A stretch of DNA of 64,000 bases from an uncultured delta proteobacterium (GCA_963832165.1 CAWHTE010000005.1:311509-375508), one strand, 5' to 3'; shown: positions 42,647 through 52,868, counted from the first letter of the stretch. Notes: a model not told the origin generated them from the letters alone. Numbers and translations: made by a program.

Positions 42647-43924
42647 GTGGCGGAACGGATTGCGGCGGCCGCGGTGCGCCCGGACTCCGGAGCGGGCCCG
42701 GGCGGCGATCGGCGGGCCCCCGGAAGCGGGCTCGAGCGGCTCGCATCGTTCCGCGTCACCTACTTCGCGATCGCCGCATTCATGGCGCTCTACATCGCGA
42801 GCATCGCCGGGGTCGAGCGCGCGCTCCACGCGAGCTTCCGCGCCGGTGTCGAGCGCGCCACGCGCGTAAATCCCGCAGACGGACCGATCGTCACGCAGAT
42901 CCAGAATCGCGTCTCCGAGCTCGTGTCCGAGTCGCCCTGGGTCCGCTACGGCGGTGTGCGCGTGAACGCCACCGTGCTAGGTGCGGATGGGCTGACACCG
43001 CTCTACGTCGGCGGCGGCAAGGTGCTGCCGCCGCCCCCCGAGCGGAGCCCCCGCGGCGTGATGCGCGAGTGGATCCAGCTCCTCCCCGCGATCGCCGACG
43101 TGTACGTGTCGGTGCCCCACGGCTCCCCGCTGTCGACCGGGATCTTCGTGGGCTATGGCGCGATCCTGGTGCAGGGTCTGCTCGTCTATACGCGCCGGAT
43201 CACCGGACAGGCGCAGGAGCACCTCGCTGCGGCGATCGCTGCGCGCGACTCGTCGGTCGACCGCGCCCGCGCGATCGAAGAGGAGCTCGCCAAGGTGAGC
43301 GATCGCCTGCACGAGGTCGAGCCGGCCGAGCGCGCGCGCGCGGCAGAGATCGACGTGCTGGAGCAGGAGCGCGCCGACCTGCACGCGAAGCTGCGCGAGC
43401 TGGCCGAGCGCGAGGCGGCACTGCGCGCGAACGCGGCGCGCACGCTCGAGGAGGAGCGCCGCGCACTCGAAGACCTGCTCGACGAAGCGCTCGCGGACGT
43501 CTCGAACAAGGACACGGAGATCGCGAGCCTCCAGGACCGCCTGCGCAGCGAGGACAAGAAGCAGGTGTCGCAGAGCAAGGGCCGCTCGCGCGAGACGGAA
43601 CGCATCGCCAAGCGCTTCGGCGCGCTGTACCGCAACCTCGAGGTCGACGAACGGGCGATCGCGGACCTGGTCGCGCTCGGCGACGAGTCGCAGAAGCTGC
43701 GCGCGGAGGAGGTGCTCAAGCGCCTCGACGACGACCCCGACACCGCCACGATCCGCCGCAAGGTGGGCGGACTGCCGCCGCACCTCTCGATCTTCGAGCT
43801 GGGCTTCGCGGGCAAGTACCGGATCTACTACATGCGCAGCGAACGCGGCGGCTACCGCGTGCTCGCGATGGGCGGCAAGGCCACTCAGAAGCAGGATCTC
43901 GAGTACCTGAGCCGGCTCACGTAG
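42647..43924 (+). CDS. Two-TM coiled-coil protein with a C-terminal RelE/HigB-like domain
   Basis: Two hydrophobic segments, long heptad region, IFELGFAGKYRIYY...VLAMGGKATQKQDL tail. Confidence 0.65.
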   Translation: MAERIAAAAVRPDSGAGPGGDRRAPGSGLERLASFRVTYFAIAAFMALYIASIAGVERALHASFRAGVERATRVNPADGPIVTQIQNRVSELVSESPWVRYGGVRVNATVLGADGLTPLYVGGGKVLPPPPERSPRGVMREWIQLLPAIADVYVSVPHGSPLSTGIFVGYGAILVQGLLVYTRRITGQAQEHLAAAIAARDSSVDRARAIEEELAKVSDRLHEVEPAERARAAEIDVLEQERADLHAKLRELAEREAALRANAARTLEEERRALEDLLDEALADVSNKDTEIASLQDRLRSEDKKQVSQSKGRSRETERIAKRFGALYRNLEVDERAIADLVALGDESQKLRAEEVLKRLDDDPDTATIRRKVGGLPPHLSIFELGFAGKYRIYYMRSERGGYRVLAMGGKATQKQDLEYLSRLT

Positions 43925-44008
43925 GGCGGATTGGCCCGAAGGGCGTAATCCGCCATTCCGGGATTCGAATGGCGGATTACGCTCGCTTCGCTCGCTAATC
44001 CGCCCTAC
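43921..44008. repeat. GTAG-family REP doublet (REPIN-like)
   Basis: GTAGGGCGGATTGGCCCGAAGGGCGTAATCCGCC plus inverted GGCGGATTACGC...GCTAATCCGCCCTAC. Confidence 0.9.
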
Positions 44009-44388
44009 ATCGGCTCCCCGCCCACCGCGGTGCGCAGCGTCTCCTTGAGCACGGTGTCATCCCAGGGCTTCGAGAGCACCGCGTGCACGCCGAGCCGCTC
44101 GAGCCCGTCGCGATCGATCTCGCTGTTCCAGCCCGTGATCAATACGCGCACGGCGTCCGGGCGCCGTATGGCGATCCGCTCGAGCAGCTCGATACCGGTC
44201 ATGCCGGGCATCTTGTGGTCGGATAGCACGCAGTCGACCGCGCTCAGCTCGACCAGGCGCAGCGCTTCCGCGGGTGTCTGCGCGCTCAAGAGCTCGTAGC
44301 CCTCGCGGCGAAGCACGCGCTGCAGCGCGGACAGGATGCGCGGCTCGTCGTCGACCAGGAGGACGACGGGTCGGCGCCCGTCGATCAA
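44005..44388 (-). CDS. Single-domain response regulator
   Basis: LVDDEP, SDHKMPGMTG, KPW. Confidence 0.85.
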   Translation of the reverse strand: MIDGRRPVVLLVDDEPRILSALQRVLRREGYELLSAQTPAEALRLVELSAVDCVLSDHKMPGMTGIELLERIAIRRPDAVRVLITGWNSEIDRDGLERLGVHAVLSKPWDDTVLKETLRTAVGGEPM

Positions 44389-46058
44389 AGGTCGCTCCCG
44401 TTCTCCAGGTCGCTCCCGCTGTCTTCGCTCAGCAATGGCAGGTGGATCCGGAACGTGGTGCCACGCCCGAGCGCGCTCTCGACGCGCATCGTGCCCCCGT
44501 GCCGGCGCACGATGTTGAACGAAGTCGACAGACCCAGACCGGTTCCGGCGCCCACCTTCTTCGTGGTGAAGAACGGGTCGAAGATCCGGTCGACGTGGTC
44601 GGGCGCGATTCCGGTGCCGGTGTCGGTGATCTCGACCAGCACTCCGCCGTCGTGGGGAGCCGTGGAGAGCGTGACGGTGCCCATCCCGCCGCCGCGCTTG
44701 GACACCACCTCTTCGATCGCCTGATACGCGTTCACGAGCAGGTTCATGAACACCTGCTTGAGCTGCATCGGGTAGCACGGCACCGGCGGCAGATCGCCGT
44801 AGTGCTTCGACAGTACGACGACGTGTTTCATCATGGGCCACACGATGTTGGCCGTGGAATCGAGACATTGATTGATGTCCGCGAGCACCCGCTCGCCCGT
44901 GTCGTGGTGCGAGAAGTCGCGCAGGTCCTGCACGATGTGGCGGATCCGCTCGGAACCCTCCTGCGACTCGCGGATCGCCTTCGCGAGGTCCTGCAGCAGG
45001 AACCCGACGTCGAGCTCGGTGGCCACCTCGCTGAGCTCGGCGGCCGCGCGGTGCACCGTCTCCGCATCGTCGCCGTTCACCGCCTTGAGCAGCACCTCGG
45101 CGCGGCTCCAGATCTGGCGCAGATCCGCCACGTACTCCGTCATCTGGAACAGATTCGCGTGGATGAACCCCATCGGGTTGTTGATCTCGTGGGCTACGCC
45201 CGCGGCCAGCTGCCCGATCGAGGCCATCTTCTCGGTCTGGAGCACGTGTGCGCGCCACTGCTGCGCGTCGGACAGGTCGCGGAACGCGGCTACCGCGCCG
45301 CTGGGCTGTCCCTCGCTTCCCATCACGGGCCCGCACGAGAGCGCGATCGGCACGAAGAACCCGTCGATGCGCCGGATCCGGGTCTCCACGCCCGGCGTGG
45401 CCTCGCCGCGCTCGAGCGCGCTCGCGAGCAGCTTCTTGCCGACGTCTTCCTCGAGGAAGTCGCGCAGCGGCCTGCCGTGCAGATCGACCATGCCGCCGAG
45501 GATCTGCTCCGCGGCCGGGTTCGCGAACGTGATGTCGCCCGCGGCGTCCACGAGCACGACCGCGCTGCCGAGATGGCGCAGGATTCCGTCGGCGGCCCCG
45601 GGTACACCGTCGCCGCCCTCTCCCCCCGCGCGCGCCGCGTGCACGCGTTCGAGCTGCTCGCGCGCCGCATGCCGCAGCCCGCCGAAGTCGCGGTCGGCCA
45701 GCACGACCTCGGCCGCTCCGCGCCGGAACCACGCGAGCGCCGCGGCATCACTCGGCGTGCGCTGCAGTACCAGCAACGCGGACCCGCTGCGGCGCAGGCG
45801 CGCCACGATCTCCTCCGCCTCGGCGCCCAGGCCCTCGTCGACCACGACGAGGTCGAAGTGGGAGCGCTTCGCGCAATCGATGCACTCGGAGAGGCTCGCC
45901 ACCGTCACGACTTCGACCGGCGCAGCGGCGAGCAGTCCGATCGTGAGCACGCCGAGCGCGTCCGACGCGGACAGCACACGCGGGCCCAGGTCCAGCTCCG
46001 CCACGAGAATACGCGGACCCGCGCCGGGCTTCCCCCAGCCGATCGAATCGCTCGTCAC
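44385..46058 (-). CDS. REC-like/PAS sensor histidine kinase
   Basis: EKMASIGQLAAGVAHEINNP, FDPFFTTK, GTGLGL. Confidence 0.9.
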   Translation of the reverse strand: MTSDSIGWGKPGAGPRILVAELDLGPRVLSASDALGVLTIGLLAAAPVEVVTVASLSECIDCAKRSHFDLVVVDEGLGAEAEEIVARLRRSGSALLVLQRTPSDAAALAWFRRGAAEVVLADRDFGGLRHAAREQLERVHAARAGGEGGDGVPGAADGILRHLGSAVVLVDAAGDITFANPAAEQILGGMVDLHGRPLRDFLEEDVGKKLLASALERGEATPGVETRIRRIDGFFVPIALSCGPVMGSEGQPSGAVAAFRDLSDAQQWRAHVLQTEKMASIGQLAAGVAHEINNPMGFIHANLFQMTEYVADLRQIWSRAEVLLKAVNGDDAETVHRAAAELSEVATELDVGFLLQDLAKAIRESQEGSERIRHIVQDLRDFSHHDTGERVLADINQCLDSTANIVWPMMKHVVVLSKHYGDLPPVPCYPMQLKQVFMNLLVNAYQAIEEVVSKRGGGMGTVTLSTAPHDGGVLVEITDTGTGIAPDHVDRIFDPFFTTKKVGAGTGLGLSTSFNIVRRHGGTMRVESALGRGTTFRIHLPLLSEDSGSDLENGSDL

Positions 46059-46171
46059 GTCGCTCCCCGTTTCCGCCCGATCGATCCGATCGGCGCGCGG
46101 CCATGAGAGGGGGGGTGCGCCAAGCGTAACGCAGGCGCGTTCGCGCGCGCTCCTGGCCGCAGGAGCGCGGG

Positions 46172-47566
46172 CTAGCGCGCGCGGAGGCCGTGGTGCGCGA
46201 GCTTCCGGTACAGCGTGCTGCGGCCGATCCCGAGCCGGCGCGCGGCCGCGCGCGCATCGCCGCGCGCCTCCGCGAGCGCGCGCTCGAGCGCGGCGCGCTC
46301 GTAACTCGCGAGCGAGAGCGGGAGATCCGCGGGAAGGCTCGCGACGGGCGAGGACGACGTCCGGCGTTCGCGCGGCAGATCGGCCGCGCGCAGGCGCGGT
46401 CCCGGCGCGAGCGCGAGCGCCGATTCGATCACGTTCTCGAGCTCGCGCACGTTGCCGGGCCATTCGTGTGCGCAGAGCAGCTCGAGTGCGTCGTCGTCGA
46501 TGCCCTCGATCGGCAGCCCGGGGCGCGCGTGCTTGGCGATGAAGTGCTGCGCGAGCAGCGGGATGTCTTCGCGGCGATCGCGCAGCGGCGGGATCTCGAT
46601 CCGCACCACGTCGAGGCGGTAGAACAGGTCGGTGCGGAACGAGCCGTCCGCGACCATCTGCTGCAGATCGCGGTGCGTCGCGGCGATGATCCGCAGATCC
46701 ACGGAGACGGACTCCGCCGAGCCGACCGGCCGCACCTCCTTCTCCTGGAGTGCGCGCAGGAGCTTCACCTGGACCGCCTGCGGCAGCTCGCCCACCTCGT
46801 CGAGAAACAGCGTCCCGCCGTCGGCGACGCGGAACAGGCCCGTCGCCCCGGTCGCGCCCGTGAAGGCACCCTTGGCGTGCCCGAACAGCTCGCTCTCGAT
46901 GATCGACTCGGGCAGCGCGCCGCAGTCGACCGGCACGAAACGGTGACTCGCGCGCGGACTCACCGCGTGCAGCGCGCGCGCCACGAGCTCCTTGCCCGTG
47001 CCGCTCTCGCCGCGCACGAGCACGTGGCTCTGGTTGTGGCGCAGGCTCGCGATCGTGCGGGCGAGCGCGCGCATGCGCGGCGAACGCCCGATCAGCTCGG
47101 GGCCGGCGCCGCGCTCGCGCAGCGCTTCCTCGAGCTCGCGGTTGCGGCGCACCAGGCGGCGGCGTTCGACGGCGCGGCGCACGGTGGTGCGCACGCGGTG
47201 CTCGTCGAACGGCTTCGCGAGATAGTCGAACGCGCCGCGTCGGATGCACTCGACCGCGCTCTCGATGCTCGCGTTGCCGGTCATCACGATCACTTCGACC
47301 TCGGGACGCTCGCGCTTCAAGCGCTCGAGCAGCGCGAGACCGCTGTCGGGTCCGAGACCGAGATCGAGCAGCACGACGTCGGGCTCGGATTCGGCCAGGC
47401 GCGGTTCCGCGGAATCGGCCGACTCGGCCATCGCGGTGCGATAGCCCTCGCCCTCGAGCGTTCGACGCAGCGAGCGCAAGAGCAGCGGCTCGTCGTCGAT
47501 CAGGAGCACCGTGACCGGCTCTTCGCGGCCCGGCGCTCCATCCGTGCGCATGGGCGCAATGGTCAT
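46172..47566 (-). CDS. Sigma54-dependent response regulator (NtrC family)
   Basis: [28 protein letters not shown]. Confidence 0.9.
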   Translation of the reverse strand: MTIAPMRTDGAPGREEPVTVLLIDDEPLLLRSLRRTLEGEGYRTAMAESADSAEPRLAESEPDVVLLDLGLGPDSGLALLERLKRERPEVEVIVMTGNASIESAVECIRRGAFDYLAKPFDEHRVRTTVRRAVERRRLVRRNRELEEALRERGAGPELIGRSPRMRALARTIASLRHNQSHVLVRGESGTGKELVARALHAVSPRASHRFVPVDCGALPESIIESELFGHAKGAFTGATGATGLFRVADGGTLFLDEVGELPQAVQVKLLRALQEKEVRPVGSAESVSVDLRIIAATHRDLQQMVADGSFRTDLFYRLDVVRIEIPPLRDRREDIPLLAQHFIAKHARPGLPIEGIDDDALELLCAHEWPGNVRELENVIESALALAPGPRLRAADLPRERRTSSSPVASLPADLPLSLASYERAALERALAEARGDARAAARRLGIGRSTLYRKLAHHGLRAR

Positions 47567-47573
47567 GGTTCGC

Positions 47574-47600
47574 TCTTCGTCCGAACGCACTCCGACTTGA
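47574..47600 (-). promoter_or_regulatory. Candidate sigma28-type promoter
   Basis: TCAA-N15-GACGAAGA, 7 nt before ATG 47566. Confidence 0.4.
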
Positions 47601-47726
47601 ATCATTTCAGTCGCACGCGAACTGCGTTCGAGTCGCGCGGAGGCCGTTGACGGGTGCAACGCCTCGGCTACGCTGGCCGCCTGGCGTTCGAGCACCACCC
47701 CCCCTCCGCGGCGCGGAGGAGAACAA

Positions 47727-49109
47727 GTGGCTAAGTCGCACGTCCTCGTCGTAGACGACGAGGAGCTGTACCGGCGTTCGCTCGGGCGAATTCTCTCTCG
47801 CGTTGGTCATCAGGTCAGCGAGGCGCGAGATGCTGCCGAAGCGCTCGCGCTGCTCGGACAAGGTGGGCTCGATCTGGTCGTTGCCGACGTCCGGATGCCC
47901 GGCTTGAACGGTCTCGAGCTCGTCCGCCAGATCCACGAGATCGATCCCGACCTGCCCTGCATCGTCGTGACCGGCTACGGCAGCGCCGAGAGCTCGATCG
48001 AAGCACTGCGCGCAGGGGCATTCTGGTACCTCGAGAAGCCGTTCGATCAGGGGCACCTCGACGTGGTGCGGCGCCTGGTCGAGCAGGCGATCGAGCACGG
48101 TCGACTCAAGGCGGAGAACCGCGCGCTCCAGAGCGAGCTGCGCACGAAGTACCGCTTCGAGAACATCGTGGGCCACAGCGGCGCGCTGCGCGGCGTACTC
48201 GACGTGGTGTCGAAGGTGGCGCGCACCGACAGCACGGTGCTGATCACGGGCGAGAGCGGCACGGGCAAGGAGCTGATCGCGCGCGCGATCCACTACAACA
48301 GCCGCCGCGTCGAGCGCCGGCTCGTCACGGTCAACTGCGGCGCCATCCCCGAAGAGCTGCTCGAGTCGGAGCTGTTCGGACACGTGCGCGGCGCATTCAC
48401 CAACGCGATCAGCTCGCGTGAGGGGCGCTTCTCGCTCGCGAACGGCGGCACGATCTTCCTGGACGAGATCGGGGACATGAGCCCGAACCTGCAGGTCAAG
48501 CTCCTGCGCGTGCTCCAGGAGCGGACCTTCGAGCCCGTGGGCTCCTCGAAGTCCGAGACCGTGAACGTGCGCGTGATCGCCGCGACCAACCAGGATCTCG
48601 AAACGGCAATCCGCAACGGCCGCTTCCGCGAAGACCTCTTCTACCGGCTCAACGTGATCCCGATCGAGGTGCCTCCGCTGCGTCAGCGCAGCGAGGACGT
48701 TCCGTTGCTCGTGATGCACTTCCTCGAGGTGCTCAACTCGGAGCGCGGCACCAAGATCGAGTCGATCTCCGACCGCGCGCTCGAAATGCTGTGCCGCTAC
48801 GACTGGCCCGGCAACGTGCGCGAGCTCGAGAATCTCATGGAGCGGGTCACGGTGCTTCGCGGCGGCGGAGACCTCGATATCGAGGATCTGCCGGAATCGA
48901 TGCGGCGTGCACCCGCGCCCGCGTGCGACGGCGAATCGCCCACGAACGGAGACAGCGACTTCCGCAGCGCGGTGGATCGCTTCCAGTCCGATCTGATCCG
49001 GGACGCGCTCGTGAAGAGCCGCGGCAACAAGAAAGAGGCCGCCGAATTCCTGGGCCTGAACCGGACGACGCTGATCGAGAAGATCAAGAAGCTGGGCCTC
49101 GAGTCCTGA
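47727..49109 (+). CDS. Sigma54-dependent response regulator upstream of fliA
   Basis: [17 protein letters not shown] variant, FREDLFYRL, LNRTTL HTH. Confidence 0.9.
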   Translation: MAKSHVLVVDDEELYRRSLGRILSRVGHQVSEARDAAEALALLGQGGLDLVVADVRMPGLNGLELVRQIHEIDPDLPCIVVTGYGSAESSIEALRAGAFWYLEKPFDQGHLDVVRRLVEQAIEHGRLKAENRALQSELRTKYRFENIVGHSGALRGVLDVVSKVARTDSTVLITGESGTGKELIARAIHYNSRRVERRLVTVNCGAIPEELLESELFGHVRGAFTNAISSREGRFSLANGGTIFLDEIGDMSPNLQVKLLRVLQERTFEPVGSSKSETVNVRVIAATNQDLETAIRNGRFREDLFYRLNVIPIEVPPLRQRSEDVPLLVMHFLEVLNSERGTKIESISDRALEMLCRYDWPGNVRELENLMERVTVLRGGGDLDIEDLPESMRRAPAPACDGESPTNGDSDFRSAVDRFQSDLIRDALVKSRGNKKEAAEFLGLNRTTLIEKIKKLGLES

Positions 49110-49123
49110 TCCCAGCTCGGCTG

Positions 49124-49219
49124 GCAAGGAGGCCGACGAGGTCGGCCGACGCGCAGCGAGGCGAAGCCGAGCGAAGGCCGGAACCCGAGCGCGAGCGATC
49201 AGCGAGCGCGAAGGCCCGG
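49124..49219 (+). repeat. Extended variant of the gcaag...gcgcagcgag...gagcgaaggcc repeat
   Basis: gcaaggaggccgacgaggtcggccgacgcgcagcgaggcgaagccgagcgaaggcc; near-identical start at 51243. Confidence 0.75.
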
Positions 49220-49473
49220 CTAGAACGGGGGCGGACTACGTCCCCCAGCGCGTCAAGAAACCCCGCACCGCGTCGGCTCTCCGGCGGAACCGCGGGGCGG
49301 CAGCGGAGCTCTGCCATCGCGAGCGGCGGCAGCTCTGTGCATCCAATTGCGTAGCGGCCCCGGGCAAACGCGGCCCAAAACCGCTGTGATCGCAAGGATC
49401 TCCGCATCTTCGGTCGCGCGGTTCCCAGCGCCGGGACGGGTGCCGTTTCGCGGCACTGCTGCCGATTTCGGCC

Positions 49474-49490
49474 TTGGCACAGTGCGTGCT
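49474..49490 (+). promoter_or_regulatory. Sigma54 (-24/-12) promoter of fliA
   Basis: TTGGCAC-AGTGC-GTGCT; GG 49476-77 and GC 49488-89 spaced by 10 nt. Confidence 0.7.
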
Positions 49491-49575
49491 TCCAGTGTCA
49501 TTCGACTTTGGGCACGCGACTCGGTGGCGGGGGATGCACCGAGCGCCACAGCGATTCAAGGGAGAACCGCGTCGA

Positions 49576-50340
49576 ATGGAAACACTGCTGCGCGAGGCGA
49601 AGGAAAGCAACGATGAGATCCCGGCTCGACTCAAGGAGCAGATCGTCCTCGAACACACGCCGCTGATCCGTTACATCGTGAACCGCATCGCCGTGCGCCT
49701 GCCGTCGCACATCGACCTCGACGACCTGCACAACACGGGCGTGATCGGTCTGATGGATGCGATCGAGAAGTACGACCCCGAGAAGAACTGCAAGTTCAAG
49801 ACGTATGCGGAGTTCCGGATCAAGGGCGCGATCCTCGATCAGCTCCGCTCGCTCGATTGGGTCCCGCGCAGCGTGCGACAGAAGAGCCGCCGGCTCGAGC
49901 GCGCCTACGGCGAGGTGGAGCAGCGCCTCGGCCGCACCGCGAGCGAGGAGGAAGTGGCCGACTCGCTGGGCCTTCAGCTCGAGAAGTTCCACGAGCTGCT
50001 CAACCAGGTGCGCGGCATCTCGCTCGTGAACCTGGAGGAGATCCGCGGCACGAACGCCGAAGGCGATCGCGCCGGCACGTTCGCCGACATCGTCGAGGAC
50101 GTGAACTCGGAGAATCCGTTCGCGTCGCTCAAGCTCAACGAGACCAAGCAGGTGATCGCCGAGACGATCGCGAGCCTCCCCGAGAAGGAGCGCCTCGTGA
50201 TCTCGCTCTACTACTACGAAGATCTCAACATGAAGGAGATCGGGCTGATCCTCGGGATCACCGAGTCGCGCGTGTGCCAGATCCACACCAAGTCGGTTCT
50301 GCGCCTGCGCGCGAAGCTCAAGAGCATGCTGGAACGCTAG
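49576..50340 (+). CDS. fliA: FliA/WhiG-family sigma28 factor
   Basis: RLPSHID, FKTYAEFRIKGAILDQLRSLDWVPRSVR, YYYEDLNMKEIG, ESRVCQIH. Confidence 0.95.
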   Translation: METLLREAKESNDEIPARLKEQIVLEHTPLIRYIVNRIAVRLPSHIDLDDLHNTGVIGLMDAIEKYDPEKNCKFKTYAEFRIKGAILDQLRSLDWVPRSVRQKSRRLERAYGEVEQRLGRTASEEEVADSLGLQLEKFHELLNQVRGISLVNLEEIRGTNAEGDRAGTFADIVEDVNSENPFASLKLNETKQVIAETIASLPEKERLVISLYYYEDLNMKEIGLILGITESRVCQIHTKSVLRLRAKLKSMLER

Positions 50341-50366
50341 TCCGCAGGGTCCTGTCGGACCTCTGT

Positions 50367-50414
50367 GCCGCCCGGTGGTGTAGGTCAGGCCTTCACCCCG
50401 GGCGGTTCTCTTTT
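50367..50414 (+). terminator. Intrinsic terminator after fliA
   Basis: ccgcccgg...ccgggcgg stem then ttctctttt. Confidence 0.65.
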
Positions 50415-50418
50415 CGGG

Positions 50419-51150
50419 CTACGAGTGCTCGTCGCAGCGGACGAGCGCGACGGTGATGTTGTCGTCGCCGCCGCGCGCGTTCGCGAGGCCCACCAGACGC
50501 GCGCAGGCCTGGTCCAGATCCGCTTCCGCGGCGACGCACGCGGCGATCTCGGGATCCTGTACGAGCGTGGTGAGTCCGTCGGAGCACAGCACGATCACGT
50601 CGTTCGGCGCGGGCGTGAGCTCGGCGAGGTCGGGATCGACCGAGCGCCGCACGCCGAGAGCGCGCGTGAGCACGTGGCGGTGCGGATGGTCCTGCGCGGC
50701 GTCGGGCGAGAGCTCGCGCCGCCGCACGAGCTCTGCGACCAGCGAGTGATCGTCGGTGAGCTGGCGGATCCGCCCGCCGCGCACCAGATAGGCGCGGCTG
50801 TCGCCCACGTGCGCGAGCGCGAGCCGTCCCCCGCCCGCGAGCAGCACGACGAGCGTGGTGCCCATGCCCGCGACCTCGGGCTTCTCCTGAGCAGTCGCGA
50901 ACACGTGGTGGTTCGCAGCGGCCACGCAGTAGCGCAGCTTCTCGGTCAGCGAGGCGCTGCGCTGGGCGACCAGCTCGAGCGCCTCGACGACGTGCTCGGC
51001 CGCGAGCCGGCTCGCGAGCTGGCCAGCCACGTGGCCGCCCATGCCGTCCGCCACGAGGTAGAGCCCGAGCTCCGGAGCGAGCGCATAGGCGTCCTCGTTC
51101 GCGGTGCGCCGCATTCCGACATCCGAGAGGGCAGCGGCGCTGAGCTTCAT
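50419..51150 (-). CDS. PP2C-family Ser/Thr phosphatase
   Basis: NED, VADGMGGH, HVGDSR, CSDGL, GGDDNIT. Confidence 0.95.
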   Translation of the reverse strand: MKLSAAALSDVGMRRTANEDAYALAPELGLYLVADGMGGHVAGQLASRLAAEHVVEALELVAQRSASLTEKLRYCVAAANHHVFATAQEKPEVAGMGTTLVVLLAGGGRLALAHVGDSRAYLVRGGRIRQLTDDHSLVAELVRRRELSPDAAQDHPHRHVLTRALGVRRSVDPDLAELTPAPNDVIVLCSDGLTTLVQDPEIAACVAAEADLDQACARLVGLANARGGDDNITVALVRCDEHS

Positions 51151-51206
51151 CGAACAGGGCCCCTCCGTGCACCCCCGGGGCCGGGGTCAGCATGCGGGCT
51201 CTCGCT

Positions 51207-51234
51207 GCATCGGAGCACTCCGCGCAGCGCTTGA
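51207..51234 (-). promoter_or_regulatory. Candidate sigma28-type promoter for PP2C
   Basis: TCAA-N16-TCCGATGC. Confidence 0.55.
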
Positions 51235-51242
51235 ACGTCTCC

Positions 51243-51342
51243 GCAAGGAGGCCGACGAAGTCGGCCGACGCGCAGCGAGCTGCAAGTTTCGCGCAGCGAG
51301 CCAAAGGCGAGCGAAGACCATCGGGTGGGCCGAGCGAAGGCC
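51243..51342 (+). repeat. Extended repeat with a nested 42-bp copy (51282-51323)
   Basis: Matches the 49124 element but its loop holds gcaagtttcgcgcagcgagccaaaggcgagcgaagaccatcg. Confidence 0.8.
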
Positions 51343-51413
51343 CTTCAGGAAAGCAAGCGAAGGCGGTCCCCCGCAAAAGGAGGGCGTGCTGGACTTGGAC
51401 CAAGAAAAACCAT

Positions 51414-51441
51414 TCAATGCGGGTGAATCTGCCGACGATAA
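51414..51441 (+). promoter_or_regulatory. Candidate sigma28-type promoter for romR
   Basis: TCAA-N16-GACGATAA. Confidence 0.55.
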
Positions 51442-51493
51442 ATGGGGACGAGGGAATTTCCGCGAGCCTGTGCGCCCGCGACCGGGGGAATTC

Positions 51494-52828
51494 ATGCCCA
51501 AGACCCTGCTGCTGGCTGACGACAGCGTCACCATCCAGAAGGTGGTGGGGATCAGCTTCGCCAACGAAGACATCGAGATCACCACGGTCGACAACGGCCG
51601 CGACGCGGTGGCCAAGGCGCGCACGATCCGCCCCGACATCATCCTCGCCGACGTCGTGATGCCGGGCCTGTCCGGCTACGAGGTCTGCGAGGCCGTGAAG
51701 GCCGACCCGAACCTGCGCCACGTCCCGGTGCTCCTGCTCACGGGCACGTTCGAGGCGTTCGATCAGGCGCGGGCGACCGCGGTCGGTGCCGCAGGACACG
51801 TGGCGAAGCCGTTCGAGGCCCAGACGCTCGTGGATCGCGTGAAGCAGCTGCTCGCCGCCGCACCCGCGCCGCGCGCGAGCGCGCCGCAGTCGGCTCCCGC
51901 CGCCGCTTCGGCCTCCGTGGACGACGCATTCGATTTCTTCTCCGACGAGCCGAAGCGGGTCGTCCCCGCGCCGCCGCCCGTCCCGTCCGCGAGCGCGTTC
52001 GATCTCGACGAGCCCGACGCCGCATTCGAGTTCGGCGACGAGGACCTCGCCGAGGCGCCGCCGGCTCCCGCCGCCGCGCCCGGGCGCCGCGCCGAGGCCA
52101 CGGTCGCGATCCTGGCCGCTGCGCCGGGCGGCAGCCAGGACGACGCGTTCGAGTTCTCGTTCGATGGCAACGCCGACACGCTCGAGCCGATCGATGCCGA
52201 GGACCCGCTCGCCCACACGGCGCTGCTCGATCCCGAGGCCCACTCCGAGTTCGACGTGTCCTCCTCGGATATCGCGCCTTCGCGCGCTCCCGACTCCGCG
52301 ACGCAGCTGTTCTCGATGGACGACGACGGACCGGAGTCGCTCGCGCTCGAGGCCGAGGACGCCGAGTTCGACCTCGCCGAGCCCGAGCCGTTCGCGGCGC
52401 CCGAAGCCATGGAGCCGCTCGGCGCCGACCCGTTCGAGACCACCCTCCCCCCGATCGAGCGCGCACCGCGAGGCCAGTCCTTCGATCCGTTCGCGCGCGA
52501 GCCGTTCGAGGCGGAGCCGGTGCTGGCCGGCGAGCCGCTGTCGGCCGGCGAAGAGGTCGAGGCCGAGCCCTGGGACGACGCCTCCTACGCAGCGTCCCCC
52601 GCGCTCGAAGTGTCGTCGGCCGCGTCGGGAGCCCCCGAGCTCTCGCGCGCCGAGCTGCACGACATGCTCGAGAAGATCGCCTGGGATGCGTTCGCTCCGA
52701 TCACCGAGAAGATCGTCCGCGAGGCGATCGCGCGGATCGAGCAGGTCGCCTGGGAAGTCGTTCCGAAGCTCGCGGAGACGCTGATCCAGGAGGAGATCCG
52801 CCGGCTCAAGGGCGGAGGCTCCTCCTAA
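51494..52828 (+). CDS. romR: Polarity response regulator RomR
   Basis: LLADDSVTIQKVV receiver, long Pro/acidic linker, C-terminal IEQVAWEVVPKLAETLIQEEI motif. Confidence 0.85.
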   Translation: MPKTLLLADDSVTIQKVVGISFANEDIEITTVDNGRDAVAKARTIRPDIILADVVMPGLSGYEVCEAVKADPNLRHVPVLLLTGTFEAFDQARATAVGAAGHVAKPFEAQTLVDRVKQLLAAAPAPRASAPQSAPAAASASVDDAFDFFSDEPKRVVPAPPPVPSASAFDLDEPDAAFEFGDEDLAEAPPAPAAAPGRRAEATVAILAAAPGGSQDDAFEFSFDGNADTLEPIDAEDPLAHTALLDPEAHSEFDVSSSDIAPSRAPDSATQLFSMDDDGPESLALEAEDAEFDLAEPEPFAAPEAMEPLGADPFETTLPPIERAPRGQSFDPFAREPFEAEPVLAGEPLSAGEEVEAEPWDDASYAASPALEVSSAASGAPELSRAELHDMLEKIAWDAFAPITEKIVREAIARIEQVAWEVVPKLAETLIQEEIRRLKGGGSS

Positions 52829-52868
52829 CTCCGGCCCTCCGGCGCGGCCCTCGCGCTACCCTGGTCCC

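Noticed and set aside
46087..46114. GCCGATCG as another sigma28 -10 box for the kinase
   Set aside because: No matching -35 element at 15-16 nt spacing
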